Below, piece after piece: positions 36,435 through 44,304 of a stretch of DNA of 44,304 nt (position 1 is its first letter; the number at the start of each line of letters is the position of its first letter). Where the stretch lies: positions 1-44,304 of the forward strand of contig JAAFKI010000170.1 of NCBI GenBank assembly GCA_021399345.1, in the 5' to 3' direction. The notes under the pieces are model-generated. The model made no database searches. It was not told where the DNA came from and saw only the letters and a list, made by a program, of their open reading frames with translations. This DNA is from Candidatus Heimdallarchaeota archaeon. GTDB taxonomy: Archaea > Asgardarchaeota > Heimdallarchaeia > Heimdallarchaeales > Heimdallarchaeaceae. The translations under genes were made by a program, and so were the position numbers.

Positions 36435-39050
36435 ATGTCTTCTGAACACGATATAGCTATAATCTGTGTGGGGTATAGGGACAGTCCTTTCACAAAAGAA
36501 ATAATTCAAAATGACATAATCCCTTATTCTATAATAGCTAATAACTCAAGTGATTTCCAAATCCATCACGCCGATCCCTCAAAGATACTTTTTTACAGCC
36601 TTGAATTCACCAAAATAATTGAAATTATTGCTAAGAAAAGTATGGATTCATTAGCAGTTTTTGAAACCTTAGGACAATTTTTTGAATTTTACAATCCCTT
36701 ACATCTTTCAACTCTTAATTACTTAATATCAAAGTATGCTACTAGTATAAAACCTAAAAATAAAGAATACATGCAGGCATGGAAAAACATCACTACTACC
36801 ATATTTGACCGTGAATTTATTTACCCACTATTTGAAGAGAGTAGAATTTTCCATATTAAAGAAGGAGAAGTGGAAATTCCAGTACGTCAATTCCTTATTT
36901 CGTCTGAATTAGAAAAGAAAAAAGATAACTCAAAGAATAACAATAAAGCTCTAGATCAAGTTCTTGAAGGTATTACAGGTATAATAGATCTTGAAGAAAA
37001 TAGTAAAATGAAAATAAGCTCTAGTGCTGTAAGAAAAATCACCTCAGCATCAGCCGTTATCATAATTCCTACAGATATAGTTTCTTTATTCATTTTGTTC
37101 AATTCCAATCACTTCAAAGAAACTTTACAAAAATCTCATGGAGAAATAGCGATTATTTCCCCATTCTGGCCTGGTAATGAGATTAGTAAAATTGAAAAAG
37201 AAATACTTCAAAAAACAAATTTTGATGCAAATCTTGTTAATGTTGCAAAATTGGTTAAAGACTGTGTGGATGCAGTAATAATTGATACAAAGGACACTGA
37301 TCTAGTTCCTTCTCTCAGAGAAGAAGGGGTTACCGTTTTAGTGGAAGATTTATCTCCAGAAAACCAATCAACACAAGAATTTCTGGATACAGTTCTGAAA
37401 AGTATTGAAATTTCATTAGATACAATCGCTGTTGAACCTCAAGGTTTGATTGAAGGTTTAGGAGAAAAACTTGTCAGTTTATTTAGAGTTCGAGAACCTA
37501 AACAAGAAAAAGAAGAAGCTAAAGCTAAGACACTTGAAATCTCAGTTAAAGAGGAAGATCTAGAACTTATAGAATCAATATTTGAGGAAGGGATTTCAGT
37601 AGATGAACCAAAGAAAATGGAAACTGAAATATCAGAAGATTTCTCAGAATCTGATACTCTTACAGACGAGTTTGAAATGGAAGTAATTGAAACTGAAGAA
37701 ACTATTCAATCAATACCTACTCCACCTCCAAAAGATGCGAGTATGGATAGTGGATATTACCAACCAAAAGCTGAAGGTCAGTTTGTACTACCAGGTATTG
37801 AGCAAATTGCACAATTTGAATTGGAAGAATTAGATTCTTTAGATGTTGATGAACACATCATAACTTCTTTTATTGAAAGAGCAATGACAAGCAATGCAAC
37901 AGGAGTGGAAGTTGTCTTTTCTGATTTATTATCTTTACAAAACAATCCTCTATTAATAGATAAAATCTTTCAAACAATACTTAAGCGATTGATAAAAGTA
38001 AGAGAGCTAAATCCAGAAGAGAAAATTGCTGATATGATCACCTACTTATCTGCCCACAAGCCTGAGTATTATCACGAAAAGCTGAACACTTTGCTTGAAG
38101 ATACTCTTAACTCTGAAGAAGAAAAAGGATTTTATCAGAATCTAAAAACAACTTCTTTAGTTGTTAGAAGTTCTTTACTTATTGCAGGGGATGTAATTGA
38201 GAAATTCTTGCAAAAGAATATTGTTATTGCAGATGCTTATGTTGAAGATAGATTGAAACGCATGGTTAACGCTTTTGGAGTTGCTAGTATTGATTTATTA
38301 CAATTAATATGCAGAATTCTTGTGAATATATACAAGCAAGAATTGGAAAAGGAAGAATTAGATGAAACTATAACTCGAAGAATTATTACATTTTTAACTA
38401 TGTTTGATGGACTTAGTGTAGCTATAGCTCTGGTAACATTAGGGTCAGAAGTAGCATTAGAATCTATTACAAATGCTATTAAGGAGATGGCTTTGAATAA
38501 CTCCTTTAAGAAGATAATTACAGATGTTTTAACTGTCTTTAATGAAGGTTCTTATGAAGATTTGGTGAAAACTTTTCAAGGACGTATTTTGCCCGAAAAC
38601 GTCGAATTTGAGATGATGAAAAAGAAATACATCACCAGTCTTTCTAAAGTGGGTTCAATACCGTTAGAAATATTCGCTGAAAGAATTGGATTATCAGTTG
38701 ATAAAGCAGAAAAAATGATTTATGATATGATTTTGCAAGAAGAAATTCCAGCAAGAATTGAATTAGTTAGCGGAAGACTCTACATCGTTCAAGATATTGA
38801 TGAAACTGAGGTTATAACGGAAGAATCAACTGAAGAGATAACAGGAGAGACAAAGGAAACCCATGAAAAAACTGATGAAAAAGTAGAACAACTTGATCAG
38901 AAAGAAGTTTCAGAGGCACTCGAAGAGCATCCTGAGCAAATGCTAACTGAAGAGATTTTAGAGAAAGAATTTGCTTGTACTCAATGTCAGAAATCTTTCA
39001 AAACAGAAAGAGGTTTAAAAATACATGTAAGCAGGGTTCATAAAGAATAA
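36435..39050 (+). CDS. Multidomain protein: degenerate CofD/YvcK-like domain, acidic linker, helical repeats + PCI winged helix, C-terminal C2H2 zinc finger
   Basis: ASAVIIIP...IAIISP...VAKLVKDCVDAVIID (CofD-like); SIPLEIFAERIGLSVDKAEKMIYDMILQEEIPARI (PCI WH); CTQCQKSFKTERGLKIHVSRVH (C2H2). Confidence 0.7.
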   Translation: MSSEHDIAIICVGYRDSPFTKEIIQNDIIPYSIIANNSSDFQIHHADPSKILFYSLEFTKIIEIIAKKSMDSLAVFETLGQFFEFYNPLHLSTLNYLISKYATSIKPKNKEYMQAWKNITTTIFDREFIYPLFEESRIFHIKEGEVEIPVRQFLISSELEKKKDNSKNNNKALDQVLEGITGIIDLEENSKMKISSSAVRKITSASAVIIIPTDIVSLFILFNSNHFKETLQKSHGEIAIISPFWPGNEISKIEKEILQKTNFDANLVNVAKLVKDCVDAVIIDTKDTDLVPSLREEGVTVLVEDLSPENQSTQEFLDTVLKSIEISLDTIAVEPQGLIEGLGEKLVSLFRVREPKQEKEEAKAKTLEISVKEEDLELIESIFEEGISVDEPKKMETEISEDFSESDTLTDEFEMEVIETEETIQSIPTPPPKDASMDSGYYQPKAEGQFVLPGIEQIAQFELEELDSLDVDEHIITSFIERAMTSNATGVEVVFSDLLSLQNNPLLIDKIFQTILKRLIKVRELNPEEKIADMITYLSAHKPEYYHEKLNTLLEDTLNSEEEKGFYQNLKTTSLVVRSSLLIAGDVIEKFLQKNIVIADAYVEDRLKRMVNAFGVASIDLLQLICRILVNIYKQELEKEELDETITRRIITFLTMFDGLSVAIALVTLGSEVALESITNAIKEMALNNSFKKIITDVLTVFNEGSYEDLVKTFQGRILPENVEFEMMKKKYITSLSKVGSIPLEIFAERIGLSVDKAEKMIYDMILQEEIPARIELVSGRLYIVQDIDETEVITEESTEEITGETKETHEKTDEKVEQLDQKEVSEALEEHPEQMLTEEILEKEFACTQCQKSFKTERGLKIHVSRVHKE

Positions 39051-39166
39051 TCTGATCATGAATAACCTTCTACTCAACTATAAGTTTCATTTTTAAAATA
39101 AATCTTTTCGACCAAAGATGTCAATGTTATCAATAGACTTTAAAGACTAAGTATGAGTGTAATTTT

Positions 39167-40168
39167 ATGCTAATTTGTTTGTTCAGGTTAGAGGATGTTG
39201 GTCCAAACTTAGTTGAAATGGTATTAGACAGAAATGTTGAATTTGATCAGGATACAATAGATAAATTCACATTCTCAGGGTCAGTTACTTATTCTCTAGT
39301 TTTTCAAGGAATGGTTACTCTTGAAGATATGTCTTCAGAACTTTATGGTCCTTTTCCATTTGCTTTTTCTTCAGGGTTCGTTCAATATGCTTTTTCATTT
39401 ATTGCTGCCGATAAGACAATGAAAGACAAAAGGATGAAAGAAAAAACCCTTGGTTTAATTATTATGCTTGTACCAGAGATGGTTTCAAAGATAGATACCT
39501 TTAGGGAAGAATTGGCTAAGGTTCTATTATACAAGTTTCATAAAGTTTACAAAATTAATCAAGTTAATACAGTTTTTCTAAAAGATATCATTAGCTCCTA
39601 TAATAAAATATTACAGGATCTCCTAAGTTTTAAGCAAGCAGATTTATTATCTGAACAAATACTAGCGTTTCTACAAGTGAAGGAAAGACCTAGAAAGAAA
39701 GAAACTATTATTGATATTGGAATTATCTATCCTAAAGAATACACTAGTTTTATTAAGAAATATTATGCTTCCCTATTAGGTTCCTTACCTTATACCGAAA
39801 CCGCTTATTCAGAAGACAAAGCAGTTATCAAAACTCAAACACATGCGTTTAGTTTTGTAATGGATTCGAAAGTTGAGGACAATTTTTTGAATAAACAAAG
39901 TGCATTAATTCTTTTAGCAAATGTTAAAGGAAAGAAATTCTCAACTCTTTATCAAGTATTAAAAAAACTCAAGTCTAAACCTAAGATAGCATTAGTCGTT
40001 TCCCTTCCAGACAATATTGAAAAAGCAAGTGGTGAGTATGCAAAATTCTTTACAGGTCTTCAAAGATACATTGGAGATTTACCATTCTTTTCTGCAAGTT
40101 TTAATACAAATTATGAATTTAAAACAAAAATGTTAGAAGCTCTTTTTTGGACACTTTCACCAGATTAA
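39167..40168 (+). CDS. Longin/uDENN-like N-terminal domain plus degenerate small-GTPase-like C-terminal domain
   Basis: CLFRLEDVGP, LYGPFP and DKRM motifs; the C-terminal half has Ras-like beta/alpha order ending LPFFSAS. Confidence 0.5.
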   Translation: MLICLFRLEDVGPNLVEMVLDRNVEFDQDTIDKFTFSGSVTYSLVFQGMVTLEDMSSELYGPFPFAFSSGFVQYAFSFIAADKTMKDKRMKEKTLGLIIMLVPEMVSKIDTFREELAKVLLYKFHKVYKINQVNTVFLKDIISSYNKILQDLLSFKQADLLSEQILAFLQVKERPRKKETIIDIGIIYPKEYTSFIKKYYASLLGSLPYTETAYSEDKAVIKTQTHAFSFVMDSKVEDNFLNKQSALILLANVKGKKFSTLYQVLKKLKSKPKIALVVSLPDNIEKASGEYAKFFTGLQRYIGDLPFFSASFNTNYEFKTKMLEALFWTLSPD

Positions 40169-40180
40169 TTTGTGCTAAAT

Positions 40181-41278
40181 TTACATTATTTTACTTGATT
40201 TCTGTTTAATAATTTCTTCTTGTATATCAACACCAATTCCAAATCCTTGAGGAACGGATATTGTTCCATCATCATTCAATTCGAAGATTGGATCTATAAT
40301 GTAGTCAGAATAATATCTTGCACTTTCGCTAATATCGTTTGGTAATGAAAAAGTGTTCAGACTTGCAACTGCAACGTTCTTAGCCCTTCCTATTCCTGTC
40401 TCTAACATTCCCCCACACCATAAAGGAACTTTAACTAATTCTGATAATTCGTGAATTAGTAGAGTTTCAGTTATTCCCCCCACTCTTGCAGGTTTTACAT
40501 TAATGATTTTGCAAGCATCTATTTCAACAGCAACTCTTGCATCATCAACACTTTTTATCGATTCATCCAAGCATATTGGAGTAGCTAGTTCCTTCTGAAG
40601 TGAAGCATGGTCAATAATATCAAAATACTGTAATGGTTGCTCGATCATCATTAGATTATATCTATCTAAGTTAACGAAAATATCCTTATCTTTTAGCCTA
40701 TAGGCACTGTTAGCATCTACCATTAAAGGTAAATTTGGATACTGATCTCGTATTCGTTTAATTATTTCAACATCCCAACCTGGTTCAATTTTAATCTTAA
40801 TTCTTTGATAATTTTTTTCTAGAGCTGCCTTAATCTTATCTAGAAGAATATCGGGATTTTGTTGAATTCCTAATGAAATTCCTGAAGGTATTTTTTCTTT
40901 TGTCCCTCCAATTAATTTTTGTAAAGATTTCTTATTTAATCTGCCGAAAAGGTCCCAAATAGCATCTTCAACACATGCTTTTGCCATTTGATTACCTTTT
41001 ATACTTTTACAGATATCCTTGAATTCTTTAGGATGATGTAGTTCTTTTTCTTTAATCCAAGGTATGATGAATTTTGAAATTATGTTGGTGCAAGAACTAA
41101 TGGTTTCTCCAGAGTACCAAGGACCGTTCTCTGATACACACTCTCCCCAACCTTGTTCTCCTTCAGACTCTAAACAGACAAGTAGCATTTCACGCTCTTT
41201 TGTTTCTCCAAAACTTGTTCTGAATGGATGTCGTAAGTTCATTTTAATTAGGTAAAGACCAGCTTCTTCTATTTTCAT
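40181..41278 (-). CDS. menC: o-Succinylbenzoate synthase / N-succinylamino acid racemase (NSAR/OSBS, enolase superfamily)
   Basis: FRTSFG, RIKIKI, VDANSAY, IEQP, LDES, NVKPARVGG, WCGGMLETG and DIS. Confidence 0.9.
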   Translation of the reverse strand: MKIEEAGLYLIKMNLRHPFRTSFGETKEREMLLVCLESEGEQGWGECVSENGPWYSGETISSCTNIISKFIIPWIKEKELHHPKEFKDICKSIKGNQMAKACVEDAIWDLFGRLNKKSLQKLIGGTKEKIPSGISLGIQQNPDILLDKIKAALEKNYQRIKIKIEPGWDVEIIKRIRDQYPNLPLMVDANSAYRLKDKDIFVNLDRYNLMMIEQPLQYFDIIDHASLQKELATPICLDESIKSVDDARVAVEIDACKIINVKPARVGGITETLLIHELSELVKVPLWCGGMLETGIGRAKNVAVASLNTFSLPNDISESARYYSDYIIDPIFELNDDGTISVPQGFGIGVDIQEEIIKQKSSKIM

Positions 41279-41333
41279 ATTAACAACCTAGCTATGAAAT
41301 TCATTTATAGTTTCTCTATAAAATATTATCTCT

Positions 41334-42167
41334 TCACTTTTTAAGGATATGAAAGCATCTCATAGATTTATTTTCTTTCATTATTACAAAATCAATTATT
41401 TTATAGCCTTTACTGAAATAATTTTTAAAACTGTCTCTAGTTTTGTTTCTCCATTCTATTGCAAGAGTTTTATTTTTAGCTAAATAATCAATAATGTTAC
41501 TTGGGATTTCGATAGCTAAAAGAGAATTTGGGTTTGTTAAATTCATTTCAGTAATTTCTAGAAATATTCCTTTTCTTATTGTTTTTAAAACTGAATGATT
41601 CTCATTTGATACAATTTCAGTGAAATCTCGATGTTTGTGAGCCAGATATTCTTTTACATGGTCAGAATTAAGATACCAATTACAATATAATCGATCTGTC
41701 TCCAGTCCTACATTGAGTGCATCTTTCATCTCCCCCCAATAATTTACATTATACGATGCGCAAGTAGCACCAAGCTTATGTAAATTTAAATAACAATTTT
41801 TTGATTGTAATGGATCAAAAGTCCAGTTGATAAGCTTATATCCATTTTTCAATGCCCAATTTCTTTGTTCTAATTTGAGCTGAAGTCCAATCCCTTGATT
41901 TTGATATTTCTCTCTAACAGCGTTGTGATGGGAATAAATGAAAACCCCATATGGATCCTTATTTCCTATCCAACCCCAAGCATAACCAAGAAGTTCTTCT
42001 TTTAGGTATGCACCAATAACTACACCTCCACTCTTCAGAGTTGCGTAGATTAGTCTCTTTGGAACTAGCTCAACCTCTGGCATTTTCCAAGCATCGCGTT
42101 GAACATCTTCTAAATCAGGATATTCGACGAAATTTAATAGTTCTCTATATTGAATTGCTTCTTTCAT
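41334..42167 (-). CDS. GNAT acyltransferase, D-amino acid N-succinyltransferase-like
   Basis: YSHHNAV, YQNQGIG, LKLEQR, WTFDPL, NLHKLG, TDRL, EIP and WR motifs; adjacent to NSAR/OSBS. Confidence 0.82.
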   Translation of the reverse strand: MKEAIQYRELLNFVEYPDLEDVQRDAWKMPEVELVPKRLIYATLKSGGVVIGAYLKEELLGYAWGWIGNKDPYGVFIYSHHNAVREKYQNQGIGLQLKLEQRNWALKNGYKLINWTFDPLQSKNCYLNLHKLGATCASYNVNYWGEMKDALNVGLETDRLYCNWYLNSDHVKEYLAHKHRDFTEIVSNENHSVLKTIRKGIFLEITEMNLTNPNSLLAIEIPSNIIDYLAKNKTLAIEWRNKTRDSFKNYFSKGYKIIDFVIMKENKSMRCFHILKK

Positions 42168-42177
42168 TTCTTACTAC

Positions 42178-43470
42178 CTATTTCTTATCGAAGGACAGTG
42201 ATTGAACCGTAGGATTAGAAAGAGATTCGAATAAGATTATTGCAAAAGCATTGCCTAGATTACTTGGAGTGAATCTTTCTCCTTTGGTTAATCTACGTAT
42301 TTTGAATTTTAATTGCTGAATGATTGTTTCCTTATTTTCTTCAATATATACGTGAGGATCAGAAACGAATTTCGCATATTGACGAATGTCTATAATTGGT
42401 AAAGCCATTTGAGGATATTCTTCAAAAATACTGAACCACGTTTCAAGTAAATACTGCATATATTTCTGTTGATCTGCTATATCTTGAACTCCAAATTCTT
42501 CAATTGCTAATCTCTTCAGAACTCTCTCTATGTTTTTCTCGAGATTTTGACGCTTTATTTCTGTCAATTCTCTCTGAAGTTTTAAAGTTTCAAATAATGT
42601 TTGTTCAATAGCTGCTAGTATCTGTTCAATTCTTCCTTGGTCAATTTTTATTTGATCAAGTTTTTGATACTCTTTTTTTACAATTGCATATTTCTCTTCA
42701 AGTTCTCTCTTTCTCTTTATTATCAGTTTTTCAAAAGTATCCTTCAAATCTTGATAGTAAGGTTGAATCAGGTTCATCTGAATCAAATCAAAGAGAACTT
42801 CTTCTTTATCCCCTATAGGATAGTTTGTAATAATCTTTTGATAGATTTTTCCTATAGATTTTGGTATTCTCTCGAAATCTTCTTCTTGAATTATTCTTTC
42901 TAAAGCATGAGCGAATATTGACGCAATAAAGCGTAGATCAATTGAAAATTCCCCAACTTCAAAATATAGATATGCTTCAGTAAGAGCATCAACAAAGTTA
43001 CGCAAAATCAGAATAGATTGAACTATGCTATCTTCAATATTCAAACTGCTCAGTTCAATAAAGTGGTGAGTAATGTGTTTAGAGGAATTCATCACAGCTT
43101 TAATGCAATTTACAAATGAAGCCAATAGACCCACAAATTCATCATCAGTGCAACTCATTTTCTTATCAGTTGCTTCAAGTAGAGCTGAAATATCTTCAGC
43201 ATAAGACAGAGGTTCATATTTTTTGATTAAATCCTCTGTAATTATAATCCCATAAATAGCTAAAGCCATATCTTTTTTCTGTGGAGATAAAAAACCAATT
43301 TCAGTTTTTAGCTCTTTCCGAAGTTCACTTAGAAACGTAGGTTGTGTTAAGATGAAATGACGCATTTTTGATTCAAGATTTGAATAAAGAGTGCTGAAAT
43401 CATTTACTATCTCAACAACGTCTTTAGAGATATATCTTAGCTCTTCTGTATTGAAAATATCCTCACTCAT
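42178..43470 (-). CDS. Hypothetical alpha-helical/coiled-coil protein
   Basis: 430-aa ORF abutting its upstream gene, preceded by GGAGG; no recognised motif. Confidence 0.7.
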   Translation of the reverse strand: MSEDIFNTEELRYISKDVVEIVNDFSTLYSNLESKMRHFILTQPTFLSELRKELKTEIGFLSPQKKDMALAIYGIIITEDLIKKYEPLSYAEDISALLEATDKKMSCTDDEFVGLLASFVNCIKAVMNSSKHITHHFIELSSLNIEDSIVQSILILRNFVDALTEAYLYFEVGEFSIDLRFIASIFAHALERIIQEEDFERIPKSIGKIYQKIITNYPIGDKEEVLFDLIQMNLIQPYYQDLKDTFEKLIIKRKRELEEKYAIVKKEYQKLDQIKIDQGRIEQILAAIEQTLFETLKLQRELTEIKRQNLEKNIERVLKRLAIEEFGVQDIADQQKYMQYLLETWFSIFEEYPQMALPIIDIRQYAKFVSDPHVYIEENKETIIQQLKFKIRRLTKGERFTPSNLGNAFAIILFESLSNPTVQSLSFDKK

Positions 43471-44304
43471 TTAAACCATACCTCCAAAAATGGAAAAAAC
43501 CCTCTCAAGATTCTCAATATTCTTTAGCTCTCGAGCTTTAACAAAAGGAGTTACTTTCCAATCCCTTAATTCTGTTTTTTGAATAACCTTAATTGGGTCA
43601 AAATCGCCAGAAATACCATTCTTTACATCTCTCAGGATAATTGGAAGAGATACTGCAGATATAAGATTTGAGGATTTATATCGAGTATCGGTTATACATG
43701 CAAATATAGTTATTTCATTTTCGGATTTGTATTCATATTCAAAGAAAACTCTAACAATATCATTAGTATCTTTTATCCTATAATGTGCAACTGAAGGAAT
43801 TGTTATTTTTTTATTAAGTTCAAGTTCAGAAAGTTGATTTAATAGGAGAATAATTCTATTTGGTACAAATGAATTTTGGATGAGTTCAAAAATTCTTTTG
43901 GGTGAAACTTCATCTTTTGATACTACAATCTGATCAAGTTGTTCAGGATAAACAAAAGAAATATTTTCTATTTTGAGCATTGGTGGTGCAAGTACTATCT
44001 CTCCACCACAATCACATCTTATGAGAGTTTCTTCTTTATTACCAGAATATATCTTACCACATTTCCCGTTGCATAGTTCTAAATCTTTCAGAATAAATGT
44101 TTTCATAAACAAAGCAGAGGTTATAACTGGAGTAATACTAGATTGTTCTATTCCTCCTCTAAGACTTGTTTCTTGACATATTTGCCAATGATAGAACCTT
44201 CCTAGCCTTTCAAGGTTTTTTTCCATTTCATCTAAGGAACTATTTTGAGTTAGTATCCCTTCCTCAATTTGGTGTTCAACTCTCTTAGAAACTCCCTGTA
44301 ATGC
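43471..44304 (-). CDS. Hypothetical protein with Zn-ribbon (CxxxC...CxC); 5'-truncated by window edge
   Basis: The frame stays open from 44304 (ALQGVSKR...DEMEK); CNGKC...RCDCGG. Confidence 0.7.
   Translation of the reverse strand, partial: ALQGVSKRVEHQIEEGILTQNSSLDEMEKNLERLGRFYHWQICQETSLRGGIEQSSITPVITSALFMKTFILKDLELCNGKCGKIYSGNKEETLIRCDCGGEIVLAPPMLKIENISFVYPEQLDQIVVSKDEVSPKRIFELIQNSFVPNRIILLLNQLSELELNKKITIPSVAHYRIKDTNDIVRVFFEYEYKSENEITIFACITDTRYKSSNLISAVSLPIILRDVKNGISGDFDPIKVIQKTELRDWKVTPFVKARELKNIENLERVFSIFGGMV

Noticed and set aside
36177-36509. Largest intergenic gap and 63-aa minus ORF as a possible sRNA or small gene
   Set aside because: AT-rich, with no GC stem, tRNA cloverleaf or repeat visible; the ORF overlaps the start of the PCI gene.
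1-44304. Mobile elements, defence systems, structural RNAs
   Set aside because: No transposase, integrase, nuclease or cas motifs, terminal repeats or GC-rich RNA-like segments were seen by eye.

Overview
AT-rich, very gene-dense archaeal DNA: GGTGA Shine-Dalgarno sites, many TTG/GTG starts, an ATP-dependent DNA ligase and an A/V-type ATPase. An Asgard-type profilin, a PCI-domain protein and a longin-like protein point to an Asgard archaeon, probably Heimdallarchaeia-like (inference). I saw no tRNA, rRNA, CRISPR array or mobile element. About 38 CDSs fall into four blocks. (i) Housekeeping enzymes: MFS, MBL hydrolase, MtnX-like HAD, TldD/TldE, RidA, ureohydrolase and a sorted surface protein. 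(ii) A candidate cytoskeleton/membrane-remodelling neighbourhood: a CdvA-like protein with three PRC barrels divergent from profilin, a cytoplasmic IFT52-like GIFT protein, MinD/ParA and two tandem YdjG-like Zn-ribbon membrane proteins. (iii) A complete but scrambled nine-subunit A/V-ATPase locus. A universal stress protein is translationally coupled inside the operon, subunits C and F are on the opposite strand, the start codons of C and H/G overlap head-to-head, and the duplicated proteolipid keeps both glutamates. (iv) A co-oriented trio with eukaryote-like domains (large helical protein; degenerate CofD + PCI + C2H2 zinc-finger fusion; longin/uDENN-like + pseudo-GTPase), followed by a GNAT succinyltransferase/NSAR pair. 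All domain calls come from reading motifs by eye and need HMM or structure confirmation.
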